IMG/VR virus record: IMGVR_UViG_3300035498_000616
DNA: 64,000 nucleotides
Source: an uncultured virus (IMG/VR IMGVR_UViG_3300035498_000616)
Taxonomy: Duplodnaviria; Heunggongvirae; Uroviricota; Caudoviricetes
Direction: 5' to 3' (one strand)
The translations under genes were made by a program, and so were the position numbers. Below are positions 1 to 9,680 of this stretch, piece after piece. Position 1 is the stretch's first letter; each line of letters begins with the position of its first letter. Below the pieces are notes generated by a model. It was not told the origin of the DNA. It saw only the letters and a program-made list of their open reading frames with translations, and did not search any database.

Positions 1-195
1 AGTGGACGCGAATTAACGTTTGATAGCAGTCAAGTAGTAGATTTGTTTCAAGCTTCAAATACCGACGACGTATTTGATTTAATTTGGGATTGTGTAGGTA
101 AAAATGATACGAACGAATTAGTTTGGAGAAATACAGAAGCAATCAAAAAACGAAAGGAATCTAAAAAATCTGATAAACCATTAGGAATATTATGA
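1..195 (+). CDS. partial hypothetical phage protein (5' end outside window)
   Basis: Frame 1 is open from base 1 (SGRELTFDSSQ...KPLGIL) to TGA 193-195, which overlaps the next ATG (ATGA). Confidence 0.7.
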   Translation, partial: SGRELTFDSSQVVDLFQASNTDDVFDLIWDCVGKNDTNELVWRNTEAIKKRKESKKSDKPLGIL

Positions 196-491
196 TAGTA
201 GCAATAGGAAGTAACGGAGCAATAAAAATTACAGACGAACCTCATTTTAATGAAGGTTTAGAAGTTTTTAAATCGCTATATGAAAAATTCCATAAATTAA
301 ATCCTGAGAAATACGATTTAAAAGGATTTATTCTTTTAGCTAGTGATTTAGTTGAAGACGAGGATTGTGAAGATATAGATAAATATATACAGAACTATGA
401 ATTCATTGAGACTTTTCTGCCAATTTATGATGGAATTCCAGAAGAGATAGAAATCTATGATTGTGAAGTTAAAAACAAAATTGATTTATGA
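192..491 (+). CDS. hypothetical acidic phage protein
   Basis: 99-aa ORF with ATGA overlaps on both sides. Confidence 0.75.
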   Translation: MIVAIGSNGAIKITDEPHFNEGLEVFKSLYEKFHKLNPEKYDLKGFILLASDLVEDEDCEDIDKYIQNYEFIETFLPIYDGIPEEIEIYDCEVKNKIDL

Positions 492-859
492 AAAGAGCTG
501 ATTTTAGTGTTAAAAAAGCAGATTTAACTAAACTATCCACATATCCAGAAGATTGTGAGTATTTTGATACTTCTATAACTAAAGAATTATTAAATACACT
601 TTTAGTTAACATCATGTGTGATTACGCTTCTGCTGTTTATCCATCATCTAGAAAGTTCTTTTATTCAGAGAATGGAAAACTGTATGAAAAAGTATTGGCT
701 TGTAATAATCAAGCATATACTTCAGAAGAAGCAATATTAAACTTTTTAACTTTTCAAAATAAGCTTTCAATTATAAACAAGAAAGTAGAGCTTCTAGAAT
801 TTAAACGTGTTGAAGATGGTGAGTATTTAATTTTATTTGTTATTGAAAATGAAATTTAA
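488..859 (+). CDS. hypothetical phage protein
   Basis: 123-aa ORF, translationally coupled to its neighbours. Confidence 0.75.
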   Translation: MKRADFSVKKADLTKLSTYPEDCEYFDTSITKELLNTLLVNIMCDYASAVYPSSRKFFYSENGKLYEKVLACNNQAYTSEEAILNFLTFQNKLSIINKKVELLEFKRVEDGEYLILFVIENEI

Positions 860-1352
860 AGGAGATCTTATAATAGCTGATCCTGCAATGTTTATTCCCG
901 AAGAAGATTGGGATGATTTTGTAGAGTATGATGGACATCCAAAATTAAAAAATTATTTGTGTAAAGAAGCAGATGATGGTTTGGTAAAAGTCTGTCAAAC
1001 AAACTTTGATCCAGAAATTATTCGTAACTTTTTAATATCAGTTAAACGTTATATGGATGAAGTTTTTGAACCAGAAGATAACTTTGATAAGTATGAAGTG
1101 GACAAACGTATTACAGAAATATACGATTCAGCATTATTAGAAAATGCAGGTAAAGAATCTGGAAAAGTTCCTGTAGAATCTGGACAAATCGGAATCTTTT
1201 CACTTAGTGAAGTTTTAAGTATAGCTCCTGATTTTAAAGACGGAGTAATCATTAACGATTTTAAAGGAGACATTAGAACTTATACAGATTGGTACGGTAA
1301 TAGTTATTTTATTGGAGTTGGAAATGGTTATAGTAATTTCTTTACAATATGA
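849..1352 (+). CDS. hypothetical phage protein (FKGDLIIADP... ESGQIGIF)
   Basis: ORF 837..1352; the likelier start is ATG 849 (MKFKGDLIIADP). Confidence 0.75.
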   Translation: MKFKGDLIIADPAMFIPEEDWDDFVEYDGHPKLKNYLCKEADDGLVKVCQTNFDPEIIRNFLISVKRYMDEVFEPEDNFDKYEVDKRITEIYDSALLENAGKESGKVPVESGQIGIFSLSEVLSIAPDFKDGVIINDFKGDIRTYTDWYGNSYFIGVGNGYSNFFTI

Positions 1353-1609
1353 TTAACGAAGAGTTGTTTGATGATCCGAAAGATGCTCAAATAGCTAAAC
1401 TCAAATTAGCTATTGAAGCATTTAAGGAATATGATGAGAAACGTAAAAAATATTATAAAGATCTTGCAATAAGAGCTGGAGAAATGGAAGCTTATATTGA
1501 AGAATTATCAGAAACTAATGACCTTCATAAGAAACTTCTAGCACAGCGTCGTGAGATACGTAAACTTAACGAAAAAATTGCTCAATTAACAAATGATCGA
1601 AGTTTATGA
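1349..1609 (+). CDS. small coiled-coil protein
   Basis: 86 aa, heptad-like K/E/L-rich sequence; overlaps the polymerase start. Confidence 0.75.
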   Translation: MINEELFDDPKDAQIAKLKLAIEAFKEYDEKRKKYYKDLAIRAGEMEAYIEELSETNDLHKKLLAQRREIRKLNEKIAQLTNDRSL

Positions 1610-4600
1610 TTTGGAATGTTTAAGTAATCTTTTTACTTATACAGGATATGATTATAAACAAGACAAATGGTTTCAATATGTAATTTCAGAATGGAGAAAT
1701 GACTACAATGAACTTGTAGAACATTTATCCAAACTGGAATTACAGATTGGATTCAACAATCTTGGTTATGATTATCCGTTAGAGCATCATTTAATTAATC
1801 ATTATAATGAGTATTCCACGTTAGGTGGACAATTATTAGCTCAGAATCTATATTCGAAGTCACAATCTATTATTGAATCAGAGTTCAATGAAATAGCTGA
1901 TAAAAATTCATTTATACATCAAATGGATTTGTTTCGTATCTGGCATTACAATAACAAGGCACGCAGAAGTTCGTAAATTCTTTAGCGAACTATAAACCAA
2001 TTAAATTGCGGGAAACTCCTTAGAGACCTAACTACGGCAGCATGTAGTAATACAATGTGTAGCAATAAAGTTAACGCTTTATGGATCGTAAAAACGTTAG
2101 GTATTGGACAATCACATTAAAACGCAGCCAAGTTTCCTAAATTAGGAAAAAGGTTCAACGACTATCCTGTAAAGGAGTAAAAATGTATATAATCAATACA
2201 TTTTGAAAAAGTTGGCATAATATTTTGCACTTTAATAATTTATAGTATATTTGTGATTGTATTTGATAGATATGGAAGATTTATAAACACTTTTGCTTTT
2301 CAGAAAGACATTGCTAAATTTATAAACTGTTCTGTATCTAATTTATCACATTGTAAAAATTTAAAAGTTATTAAAAATTATTATGTATTTGATTTAGATT
2401 ATGATTATATGTCTATTATTGATCCAATAAGACAAGAATATGAATTTATAGCTACTTTAAATCAAGTTCCTAATAAAATTATGATGTATGACAATTTTGA
2501 CAATTTCATAGGATCTTTTGATTCTGTACAATCTGCATCAGAAATAACAAAATTAAATGAAAATTCTATTTATAATGTACTTTGTGGAAAAAGAAAACAA
2601 ATAAAAGGTTTTAAATTTAAATATTATGATGATATAGTCTAAACTATATAGAAATATATAGGTAATTTTGGGTTAATTTGATTAATTAACTATTTAAACA
2701 AAATTACAAATTTGTAAAGGACCTAGAAGTAGCAATGAGGATGGATGAGGTAGAAGAAATGCCTATTCATCATACTACTTGGTGTAAATCTGGGGATGAA
2801 GAAATAGTGCTAGCATATAACGCAAACGACGTTTTGGCTACGTATAAGTTTTTTCAGGTGACTCTTGGTCGAACAGACTATTCAATCTACAAAGGTAAAA
2901 ATAAAATTGAATTACGTCAAACTTTGTCAAAGAAGTTTCATGTTAATTGCTTAAATTTACCCGATGTAGGAATTGGTGCTGAATTGATGTTGACTTTGTA
3001 TGCTAGAGCTGTAAAGAAAAATCCATACAGTATCAAAAAATCTGGCGGAACTCCTAGAGCTAGCATAGATTTAAAGGAATGTGTTCCATTTTGGTGTAAT
3101 ATTCAAAGTAAGGAATTTAATAAATTTCTTGATTTGATTAATAATACAACTATTAAAGGAGTTAAAGGTGAATTTAGTAAGAGTATTATTTTTCACGGAA
3201 TCTCGTTTGATTTTGGTACAGGAGGTGCTCATGGATGTATTAAACCAGGAGTATATGAATCTAATGATGATGTAATGATTTTAGATTTAGACGTATCATC
3301 GCTATATCCTAGTGTAGCAAGATCATTAAATCTTTATCCAGAACATTTAGGTCCAGAATTTATGCAGTTATATTCTGGATTTATTGATGAACGTATCTCT
3401 GAAAAACATAAACCTAAGAATGAACGAGATAACGCTTTGATTGAAGGTTATAAGCTTTTGCTTAATGGTACATATGGTAAGAGTGGAGAAGAATCTTCTT
3501 TTATGTTTGATAGACTTTATACATATAAAACAACTATTGCTGGACAATTGTTTATATGTATGTGGGCTGAGAGAATGGTAAAAGAGGTGCCTAATTTGAC
3601 TTTTATACAAATTAACACTAAGTAACCGTTGGTGTTGTAAAACCCCGTTAAATGCAGGAAACTCTTTACAATTTAACTACCGCACATAATGGTAACATAT
3701 ATGGTAGCACATAGTGTAATGACTATGAGATGGTAAAAACGTTAAATTTTAGACAATCCGCAGCTGAGTATCCATTTATAATGGATAAGAGTTCACAGAC
3801 TATTCCGAAAGGAAGTACAAGCTATTCAACGGCTTGGAAACACGGGGCAAATTAATGATTATATTTATTTTTAGCAAAAAGTTATCTTATTTGTTGATGG
3901 AATTATTTTTTATTATTATATTTGTTTATAATAATAAATTAATGATTTTATGAAACAAGTAAGAAAAATTGTATTTGATTTAAGTAAAATTAACGATTCT
4001 GATTTAGAATCGGTAGGAGTGTACAAAATTATAAATAAAGAAAATGGACATTTCTACATCGGTAGTTCAGATAGAACATTTAAAGAAAGATTTAAAGAAC
4101 ACTGTAGATATTATGAGATGTACAAAGAAGGTAGTAAACAAAATCAACATCCTAAACTTTGGAGTGCTTATGATAAATACGGAATAGAAAATTTCTCAGC
4201 AGAATTAGTTGAAATTTTAGATGGAAAAACTTCAGAAGAAATATTACAAAGAGAAGAATATTATATTTTAAATTTAAATCCAGAATATAATATTTGTAAA
4301 TATCCTACACAAGGTGGAAAACCAAACTTAGATAGAAAATTGTCAGAAGAATGGAAACAACATATAGGAGAAAAATCTAAATTATATAAACATTCTGAAG
4401 AAACTCTAAAGAAAGTAACTGATAATAATAAAAAGAATGCTGTCAAATTAATCTTTATTTCTTTACATGATAAAGAATTAAAACATAGTTTTAACTCTTG
4501 GAAAGAAGCTAGTGAATTTTTTGGATTAAAAGCTCCTACTTCTTTAATAAATGCTTATAAAAGAAAAGGACAATGGAAAGAATGGATCATAGAAAAACTA

Positions 4601-6419
4601 TCTGAACAAAAGAAAAAAATAAAAGTATTTTTAGAAGATGAAGAAAAAATATTTAATTCGTATTCAGAATGTGATAAATATTTTGATATGTGGAGAGGAT
4701 ATACTTCTGAACTTACACAAAAGAAATCAAAACAATTAATAAAAAATAAATATGAGTTTGAGTTAATTTGAAGAGATAGTCGGTACATTTATTAAAATGT
4801 AAGGATGGAATTACCGTAATGATACCAAGAAGTCAATTAGAGACTATCAGAGCTGTTAACACTCAACTTACAAAAGAAACATCGCTTGTAATTGAAGAAT
4901 CTTTCTATACTAAGATGGTAGTGAGGGACGTAAAATATTTGCGTCGTAACCCTTTTAACTGCTGGGAATCTGTAGCATAAGTTGAGAAACTAAGTGTATG
5001 ACAATCAGCAGCCAAGCTTAATCTATGATATAATAGATTTTGAAGGTTCAGAGACTATCGAAAAGCATATTTTATATGAACTGAGTAGAGTACATCGCGT
5101 AATTGTGATGGAAACGGAGGGTAATAGTTATTACTAATAATTGTATAACAATTATTTGATTTTAAATTTCAGAATTAATATCTTTACAAAAAAGGTATTA
5201 AATATGAAAATCGAAAAATCAAATTGTAATTTTCCTGGAATTTATGTAATTAAAAATTCTATAAATGGAAAGATCTACGTTGGTAAATCAAAAAATTGTT
5301 ATAACCGATTACATCAACATTTAACAGATATTAGAATTGAAAGTAGACAATATAATGAAAACATTCATTTATTAAACGCTTTTAAAAAATACGGAGAAGA
5401 TAATTTTGAATATTACATTGTTGAAAAATTTGACGAAAAAGATCCAAAAATCTTAGAAAAACTTTTATCTGATAGAGAATTATATTGGATGATTGAATTA
5501 AATTCTTTAGATCGAGAAAAAGGTTATAATTTAAGATATGATTCACAAGGAAAATGTTTTTGTTCTGAAGAAACTTCTATTAAAATTTCTAATAGACTTA
5601 AAAAAGAATGGGAAGAAGGTATAAGAGATGGTCATTCTGATAAATTGAAAGAATATTGGAAAAATAATAATGAAAGAAAAGAACAACAAAGCAAAATTAT
5701 GTCAAAAAATAAAACTAAATATTCATATATTATTTATGATCCTAATGGAAATTTAATTACTGAGAATGGAGATTATACTATGTTAAAAAAATTAAATTTA
5801 ACAAGTGTACTAAGTTCATTTTCAAGAAAAAAATCTGATGATGTTTTTTGTAAAGAATATCGAATTATTAGAAATACTATTAAAGATATAGTCCAATCCA
5901 GTTAGAAATAATTGGGCAAATTGAAATAACTATATAGCGGTATACGATGATTCTACACCTGAGAATGAACACATTAAACTAAAAGGATGCTTTGAAATTG
6001 ATAAAGAATTTCATAAAGATCCATCTATGCGTATTGTTCCATATGCTTTGAAACAATATTTTGTGTATAATGTTCCTATTGAAAAAACTATTAAAGAGCA
6101 TAAGAATATATTTGATTTCTGTTTACGATTGAAAACTAATTCGGGGTGTACTCCGTATTATAATTATATTGATGGAACAGAACTCGTACATCAACCTCTT
6201 TCTAGAACAACTAGGTATTATATATCAAAAACAGGAGGATCTTTAACGAAAGACTTTGGAGACGGACGTGTGACAGGCGTCAATGTTGGTTACGTAGTAA
6301 CCTTATTTAATAAATATGTAGATAAAGAGCAATATAATATCAATTATGATTTTTATATTACAGAAGCAAAGAAGATTAAAAATACAATCTGCGATGGGCA
6401 GTTATCTTTATTTGATTAA
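1593..6419 (+). CDS. polB: family B DNA polymerase, spliced from 4 exons: 1593-1974, 2715-3619, 4804-4931, 5924-6419 (636 aa)
   Basis: Exo I YDLE, motif A DLDVSSLYPS and motif B KLLLNGTYG are present. Splicing restores ARRSS|LKDLEVAM, motif C QINT|DGITV and RDV|NNYIAV...KLKGCF. Exon lengths total 1911 nt = 637 codons. Confidence 0.93.
2224..2253 (+). promoter_or_regulatory. putative Bacteroidota sigma70-type promoter inside intron 1
   Basis: TTTG (2224-2227), 18 nt spacer, TATATTTG (2246-2253); matches the -33 TTTG / -7 TAnnTTTG consensus. Confidence 0.35.
2253..2642 (+). CDS. intron-encoded protein with two NUMOD1-like DNA-binding repeats and no nuclease domain
   Basis: FDSVQSASEITKLNENSIYNVLCGKRKQIKGFKFKY is NUMOD1-like, with a second degenerate copy at the N-terminus. 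In-frame TAA at 2190 upstream leaves no room for a catalytic domain. The ORF end overlaps intron P7'. Confidence 0.65.
   Translation: MIVFDRYGRFINTFAFQKDIAKFINCSVSNLSHCKNLKVIKNYYVFDLDYDYMSIIDPIRQEYEFIATLNQVPNKIMMYDNFDNFIGSFDSVQSASEITKLNENSIYNVLCGKRKQIKGFKFKYYDDIV
3890..3924 (+). promoter_or_regulatory. putative Bacteroidota-type promoter for the intron 2 endonuclease
   Basis: TTTGTTG (3890-3896), then TATATTTG (3917-3924), 25 nt upstream of ATG 3950. Confidence 0.45.
3950..4771 (+). CDS. GIY-YIG homing endonuclease with NUMOD3-like repeats
   Basis: GVYKIINKENGHFYIGSS, a conserved R..H, E in ILQREEYYI, N in PEYN, and KLSEEWK/KHSEETLKK repeats. Confidence 0.92.
   Translation: MKQVRKIVFDLSKINDSDLESVGVYKIINKENGHFYIGSSDRTFKERFKEHCRYYEMYKEGSKQNQHPKLWSAYDKYGIENFSAELVEILDGKTSEEILQREEYYILNLNPEYNICKYPTQGGKPNLDRKLSEEWKQHIGEKSKLYKHSEETLKKVTDNNKKNAVKLIFISLHDKELKHSFNSWKEASEFFGLKAPTSLINAYKRKGQWKEWIIEKLSEQKKKIKVFLEDEEKIFNSYSECDKYFDMWRGYTSELTQKKSKQLIKNKYEFELI
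4932..5923 (+). mobile_element. group I intron 3 in polB
   Basis: P1 is GACGT(4927-4931)/GCGTC(4941-4945). Core elements are AACTGCTGGGAA, AATCAGCAGCCAAG, GTTCAGAGACTA and AAGATATAGTCC (5883-5894). The intron ends in G at 5923. Confidence 0.9.
5204..5905 (+). CDS. GIY-YIG homing endonuclease
   Basis: GIYVIKNSINGKIYVGKS...RLHQH...RELYW...GYN. The likelier start is ATG 5204. It ends at TAG 5903, with TAA two codons later if TAG is read through. Confidence 0.92.
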   Translation: MKIEKSNCNFPGIYVIKNSINGKIYVGKSKNCYNRLHQHLTDIRIESRQYNENIHLLNAFKKYGEDNFEYYIVEKFDEKDPKILEKLLSDRELYWMIELNSLDREKGYNLRYDSQGKCFCSEETSIKISNRLKKEWEEGIRDGHSDKLKEYWKNNNERKEQQSKIMSKNKTKYSYIIYDPNGNLITENGDYTMLKKLNLTSVLSSFSRKKSDDVFCKEYRIIRNTIKDIVQSS

Positions 6420-6421
6420 AC

Positions 6422-6772
6422 ATGACAGTAGAAGAATTTCACCAAAAGAGAAAACCGTTTTATATTGATAGTGATACACTCATTATTAAGTTCCCAACTT
6501 CAAAATACATTAACGAATCTCATGCGAAATGGTTTAGTGAAGTGGGGTATCCTTATTTACATACAGTAAGAGGATATTTATCTGAAGATGAATCATATGT
6601 AATGTTGTATTGGAACGATTTTGAAATTCCGAATATCAATATAACAGTTTGTTGCTATTTGTTTGATTATTTTACTAAAATCAAATGGATAGGTGTCGGA
6701 TGCAACAAAGGAAAACCAGGAGAAATTTGGACTCCGAAACTTAAAGTTTATAGAGGCGATGAAAGTTTGTAA
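6422..6772 (+). CDS. hypothetical phage protein
   Basis: 116-aa aromatic-rich ORF directly after the polB stop. Confidence 0.75.
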   Translation: MTVEEFHQKRKPFYIDSDTLIIKFPTSKYINESHAKWFSEVGYPYLHTVRGYLSEDESYVMLYWNDFEIPNINITVCCYLFDYFTKIKWIGVGCNKGKPGEIWTPKLKVYRGDESL

Positions 6773-6980
6773 ATATGAACACTGTAAAGTATGGACAAAA
6801 ACTGTTTATGACATTCCAGAAATTAACAAAGAAAATATGTTATCTATAGAAAATGAAACAATAAATCCGACAGATTTTGAAATTTTATATGATACATTTG
6901 AAAATATTTCGGAAAGTAGTCATCCTACTATTGAATATGAAGATGAAAATGGAAATCCTATAAATATACCAAATGAATAA
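6759..6980 (+). CDS. hypothetical phage protein
   Basis: ORF 6693..6980; the likelier start is ATG 6759 (MKVCKYEHCKVW). Confidence 0.65.
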   Translation: MKVCKYEHCKVWTKTVYDIPEINKENMLSIENETINPTDFEILYDTFENISESSHPTIEYEDENGNPINIPNE

Positions 6981-7530
6981 TTTTGAATTATTAGAAACTG
7001 AAATACTTCATGATGTTAATGTTGTAACAATATATGACGGACGTTTTCAAACTAATCCTATGATTTTTATTGTTACTAAGGATAATATCAAAAGAGAGAA
7101 ATTTAACATTGAAAGAATCTGTGATGCTTTGGGAGCAAGAGCTTTAGTATATCCGAATTATTTAGACATTAATACTTTATCACAGTTATTTATTAATGCT
7201 TATGTTGATAATATCAGATTCAAAGATTACACATTTGATATGGTTAATAGTAGAGTTTTAAACAATCTTTATCGTTTTCAAGCTAGTTATTATCAAATGT
7301 TGTATATCCCAAAAGGAAATAAATTATATGATATTCCAACTTCTCAACTTGATGAATTAATTGGAAAAGATCATAAAACTTTAACTGGAACAGATTTTAA
7401 ATATATTTTGTTAAAAGGACATTTTGATTTTGATAGTTTTACTAACCGGTGTGCTAGTGAAAATTTTGAAACTCACGATATTACTTTGCAACAAGAAGAT
7501 TGTTTACTACCGTTATATGGAAAATTTTGA
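6973..7530 (+). CDS. hypothetical phage protein
   Basis: 185-aa ORF overlapping its neighbours. Confidence 0.75.
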   Translation: MNNFELLETEILHDVNVVTIYDGRFQTNPMIFIVTKDNIKREKFNIERICDALGARALVYPNYLDINTLSQLFINAYVDNIRFKDYTFDMVNSRVLNNLYRFQASYYQMLYIPKGNKLYDIPTSQLDELIGKDHKTLTGTDFKYILLKGHFDFDSFTNRCASENFETHDITLQQEDCLLPLYGKF

Positions 7531-7930
7531 AACATCATTAGTTAATTATTTATGCCCGATTTGCACAGATGTAGCAGAACAAGGTATTATTCTTAACTCG
7601 TTATTAACAGAAGAAGCAGCTAAAGAAGTTGCAGAATTAAACGGAAAAGCTGTAGGATTCGCGGATCATGCTTGTGATGAATGTGCTAAACATAAAGACG
7701 CAATTTATCTAATTGGTATGGATCCAGATAAGAGTGAAGGATATACTTTGAGTACAATATATCGTTCGGGTAAAATTGTGGCAGTTAAAAGAGATACGGA
7801 ATTCGCTAAGCGTTTAGTAGAACAAGGCTACGTACAAACACTTAAAGACGGAGTATCATATAGCTTTATTGAAGATAGTATTATTGATTTAATTGGAAAA
7901 CAAACAGGATTATGGAATACCAAAAAATAA
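7517..7930 (+). CDS. putative Zn-binding protein (CPIC...CDEC)
   Basis: Two CxxC pairs; the likelier start is ATG 7517 (MENFETSLV). Confidence 0.7.
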   Translation: MENFETSLVNYLCPICTDVAEQGIILNSLLTEEAAKEVAELNGKAVGFADHACDECAKHKDAIYLIGMDPDKSEGYTLSTIYRSGKIVAVKRDTEFAKRLVEQGYVQTLKDGVSYSFIEDSIIDLIGKQTGLWNTKK

Positions 7931-8592
7931 ATACATTATTCATGCGGGATGATAAGAAAATTATTATGCCTGATTCATTTTCTAAAGACGAGTTTCGTTA
8001 TTTATCTGAAAACTTGTTTGAGTGTACAGAAAAAATTGATGGAACAAATATTCGTATAGAAATTACTAATGGTGATAATGGAATTTGTGTTAAATATAAA
8101 GGTAGAACAGATAATGCTAATATTCCAGGAAAACTATTAGAAAAACTTAATGAATTATTTCCAAGAGATTTATTAATGGAAGTATTTAATTTAACTGAAG
8201 ATTCTCAAAATGTAAATATTACTATCTTTGGAGAAGGTTACGGAGCTAAAATTCAAAAAGGTGGTGGTAGATACATTTCTAACGGAGTCAGTTTTATACT
8301 TTTTGATGTAAATATCGACGGATGGTGGTTATTACGCAGTAATCTTGAAGACATTGCAGAGAAATTAAATATTGATATTGTTCCGTTAGTTGGATATATG
8401 AATATTTATGACGCAATTGCATATGTACGTGATGGATTTCTTTCTAATATTTCTGAAGATAAAACATTACCTGCTGAAGGACTTGTATTAAAAACTCCAC
8501 AAGGTTTATGTTTTAGAAATGGAGAACGAATTATTGCTAAAATTAAAACTTGTGATTTCGAAAAATATAACAAAGCTTATGCCAAGAAATAA
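7912..8592 (+). CDS. RNA ligase (Rnl2-like nucleotidyltransferase)
   Basis: Motif I TEKIDGTN, motif III IFGEGYG, IIIa FILFDV, IV AEGLVLK, V KIK. Confidence 0.85.
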   Translation: MEYQKINTLFMRDDKKIIMPDSFSKDEFRYLSENLFECTEKIDGTNIRIEITNGDNGICVKYKGRTDNANIPGKLLEKLNELFPRDLLMEVFNLTEDSQNVNITIFGEGYGAKIQKGGGRYISNGVSFILFDVNIDGWWLLRSNLEDIAEKLNIDIVPLVGYMNIYDAIAYVRDGFLSNISEDKTLPAEGLVLKTPQGLCFRNGERIIAKIKTCDFEKYNKAYAKK

Positions 8593-8755
8593 AGAGAAAT
8601 GTTATAATGCAGTTATGGAGACAGCCAAAGTGCTGTCTTCATTTTTATTTGAGCAAGATTGCGAAGCTCTTACATTCTGTAAAAAAGAAGACATTGCAAT
8701 TTTAAGAGAAGCAATCGAAGCATTAAAAAGAACAGCTAATAATATTAAAAAATGA
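8579..8755 (+). CDS. small hypothetical protein
   Basis: Fills the gap between ligase and kinase; likely ATG 8579; TGA overlaps the next ATG. Confidence 0.55.
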   Translation: MPRNKEKCYNAVMETAKVLSSFLFEQDCEALTFCKKEDIAILREAIEALKRTANNIKK

Positions 8756-9468
8756 AACATCAATTTATTATTTGTCAAGGAATTCCTGCAAGCGGAAAAT
8801 CAACATGGGCAATTCAATGGGCTAAAGAAGATCCTGAACACCGAATTCGTATTAATATGGATTCAATTAGAAATATGTTTGGAGAATATTGGGTGCCTGC
8901 AAGAGAATCGTTAGTTCGAAGTTGTATGAACCAATGTATTGAAACTGCAATGCTTATGGGATTCGATATTGTTCTTGATAATATGAATCTTAATGAATAC
9001 GAACAAGAGAGAATCAACGAATTAATTAAAAATTGTAGTAAAACGTTTGACTATGAAATTAAACATAAACAATTCTTTGATGTATCTCTAGAGGAATGTA
9101 TTGAAAGAGACAAACATAGAGAAAATCCCGTTGGTGCTGATGTTATTACAGGAATTTACAATAAATATCGTGATATTCTAGAACCAAAAAAGCAAAAATT
9201 TCTTTGCTGTTTCTGGGGAAATTGGGCAGGTGAAAATGAAACTTACAGAGTAGAAGCAGAAAATGCGTCAGATCTTGAGCAAATTTGTGAAGATGTTTTA
9301 AACGATTTAATTATTGAATGGGATGGCTATCAAGAAGTTGCTGATGAGTTGGGTACTGACGACGATGATATTATTTCTGAGAAGATTGGAGAATACTTCG
9401 GATACAGAATTGAAGAATATTGTCCGAAAACAGATTATGCGTGGGACGATTATAAAGACTTACTATAA
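8752..9468 (+). CDS. polynucleotide kinase-like P-loop protein (AAA_33 type) with an acidic C-terminal extension
   Basis: GIPASGKST Walker A, D-x-x-R (DSIR), IVLDNMN, and lid CIERDKHRENPVG as in the T4 PNK kinase domain. Confidence 0.85.
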   Translation: MKHQFIICQGIPASGKSTWAIQWAKEDPEHRIRINMDSIRNMFGEYWVPARESLVRSCMNQCIETAMLMGFDIVLDNMNLNEYEQERINELIKNCSKTFDYEIKHKQFFDVSLEECIERDKHRENPVGADVITGIYNKYRDILEPKKQKFLCCFWGNWAGENETYRVEAENASDLEQICEDVLNDLIIEWDGYQEVADELGTDDDDIISEKIGEYFGYRIEEYCPKTDYAWDDYKDLL

Positions 9469-9680
9469 TGGATAATTACCCAGTTGGTGCAAAAGATGAT
9501 CCTAGAGCACCTTACAATGAACCTTTAACTGAAGACGAGCCTTGTGACGTGAGTATCTCTTTTAGTTTTACTGATGAATACCATAACGAAAAATCAAGAG
9601 ATTATTATACAGAATTAATTGAAAACGCATTTAGATACTTTCCTAATTTAAATATAGACGAAATTCATGAACTTAATTGA
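9468..9680 (+). CDS. small hypothetical protein (NYPVGAKDDPRAPYNE)
   Basis: 70-aa ORF coupled by a TAATG overlap. Confidence 0.7.
   Translation: MDNYPVGAKDDPRAPYNEPLTEDEPCDVSISFSFTDEYHNEKSRDYYTELIENAFRYFPNLNIDEIHELN

Larger units (their letters stand above)
1975..2714 (+). mobile_element. group I intron 1 in polB
   Basis: P1 is AGTTCGT(1968-1974)/GCGAACT(1985-1991) with a U-G pair at the splice site. Core elements are AAATTGCGGGAA, CGCAGCCAAG, GTTCAACGACTA and GATATAGTC (~2631-2639). The intron ends in G at 2714. Confidence 0.88.
3620..4803 (+). mobile_element. group I intron 2 in polB (inserted inside catalytic motif C)
   Basis: P1 is AACACT(3614-3619)/GGTGTT(3631-3636). Core elements are AAATGCAGGAA, AATCCGCAGC, GTTCACAGACTA and AAGAGATAGTC (4771-4781). 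Terminal G at 4803 is followed by GAT GGA (DG). Confidence 0.9.

Noticed and set aside
5903..5911. TAG stop of the intron 3 endonuclease as evidence against recoding
   Set aside because: TAA follows two codons later (TAG AAA TAA), so the gene works under either code.
1975..5923. Inteins, or free-standing endonuclease genes splitting polB into separate subunits
   Set aside because: The inserts contain stops and are not in-frame protein. They show P1 U-G pairs, group I cores and terminal G, and exact removal restores the motifs.
48..9017. Short minus-strand ORFs in the early block (48-245, 1049-1273, 3368-3610, 4261-4446, 4555-4788, 8814-9017)
   Set aside because: Antisense shadows of well-supported + strand genes, with no recognisable motifs.
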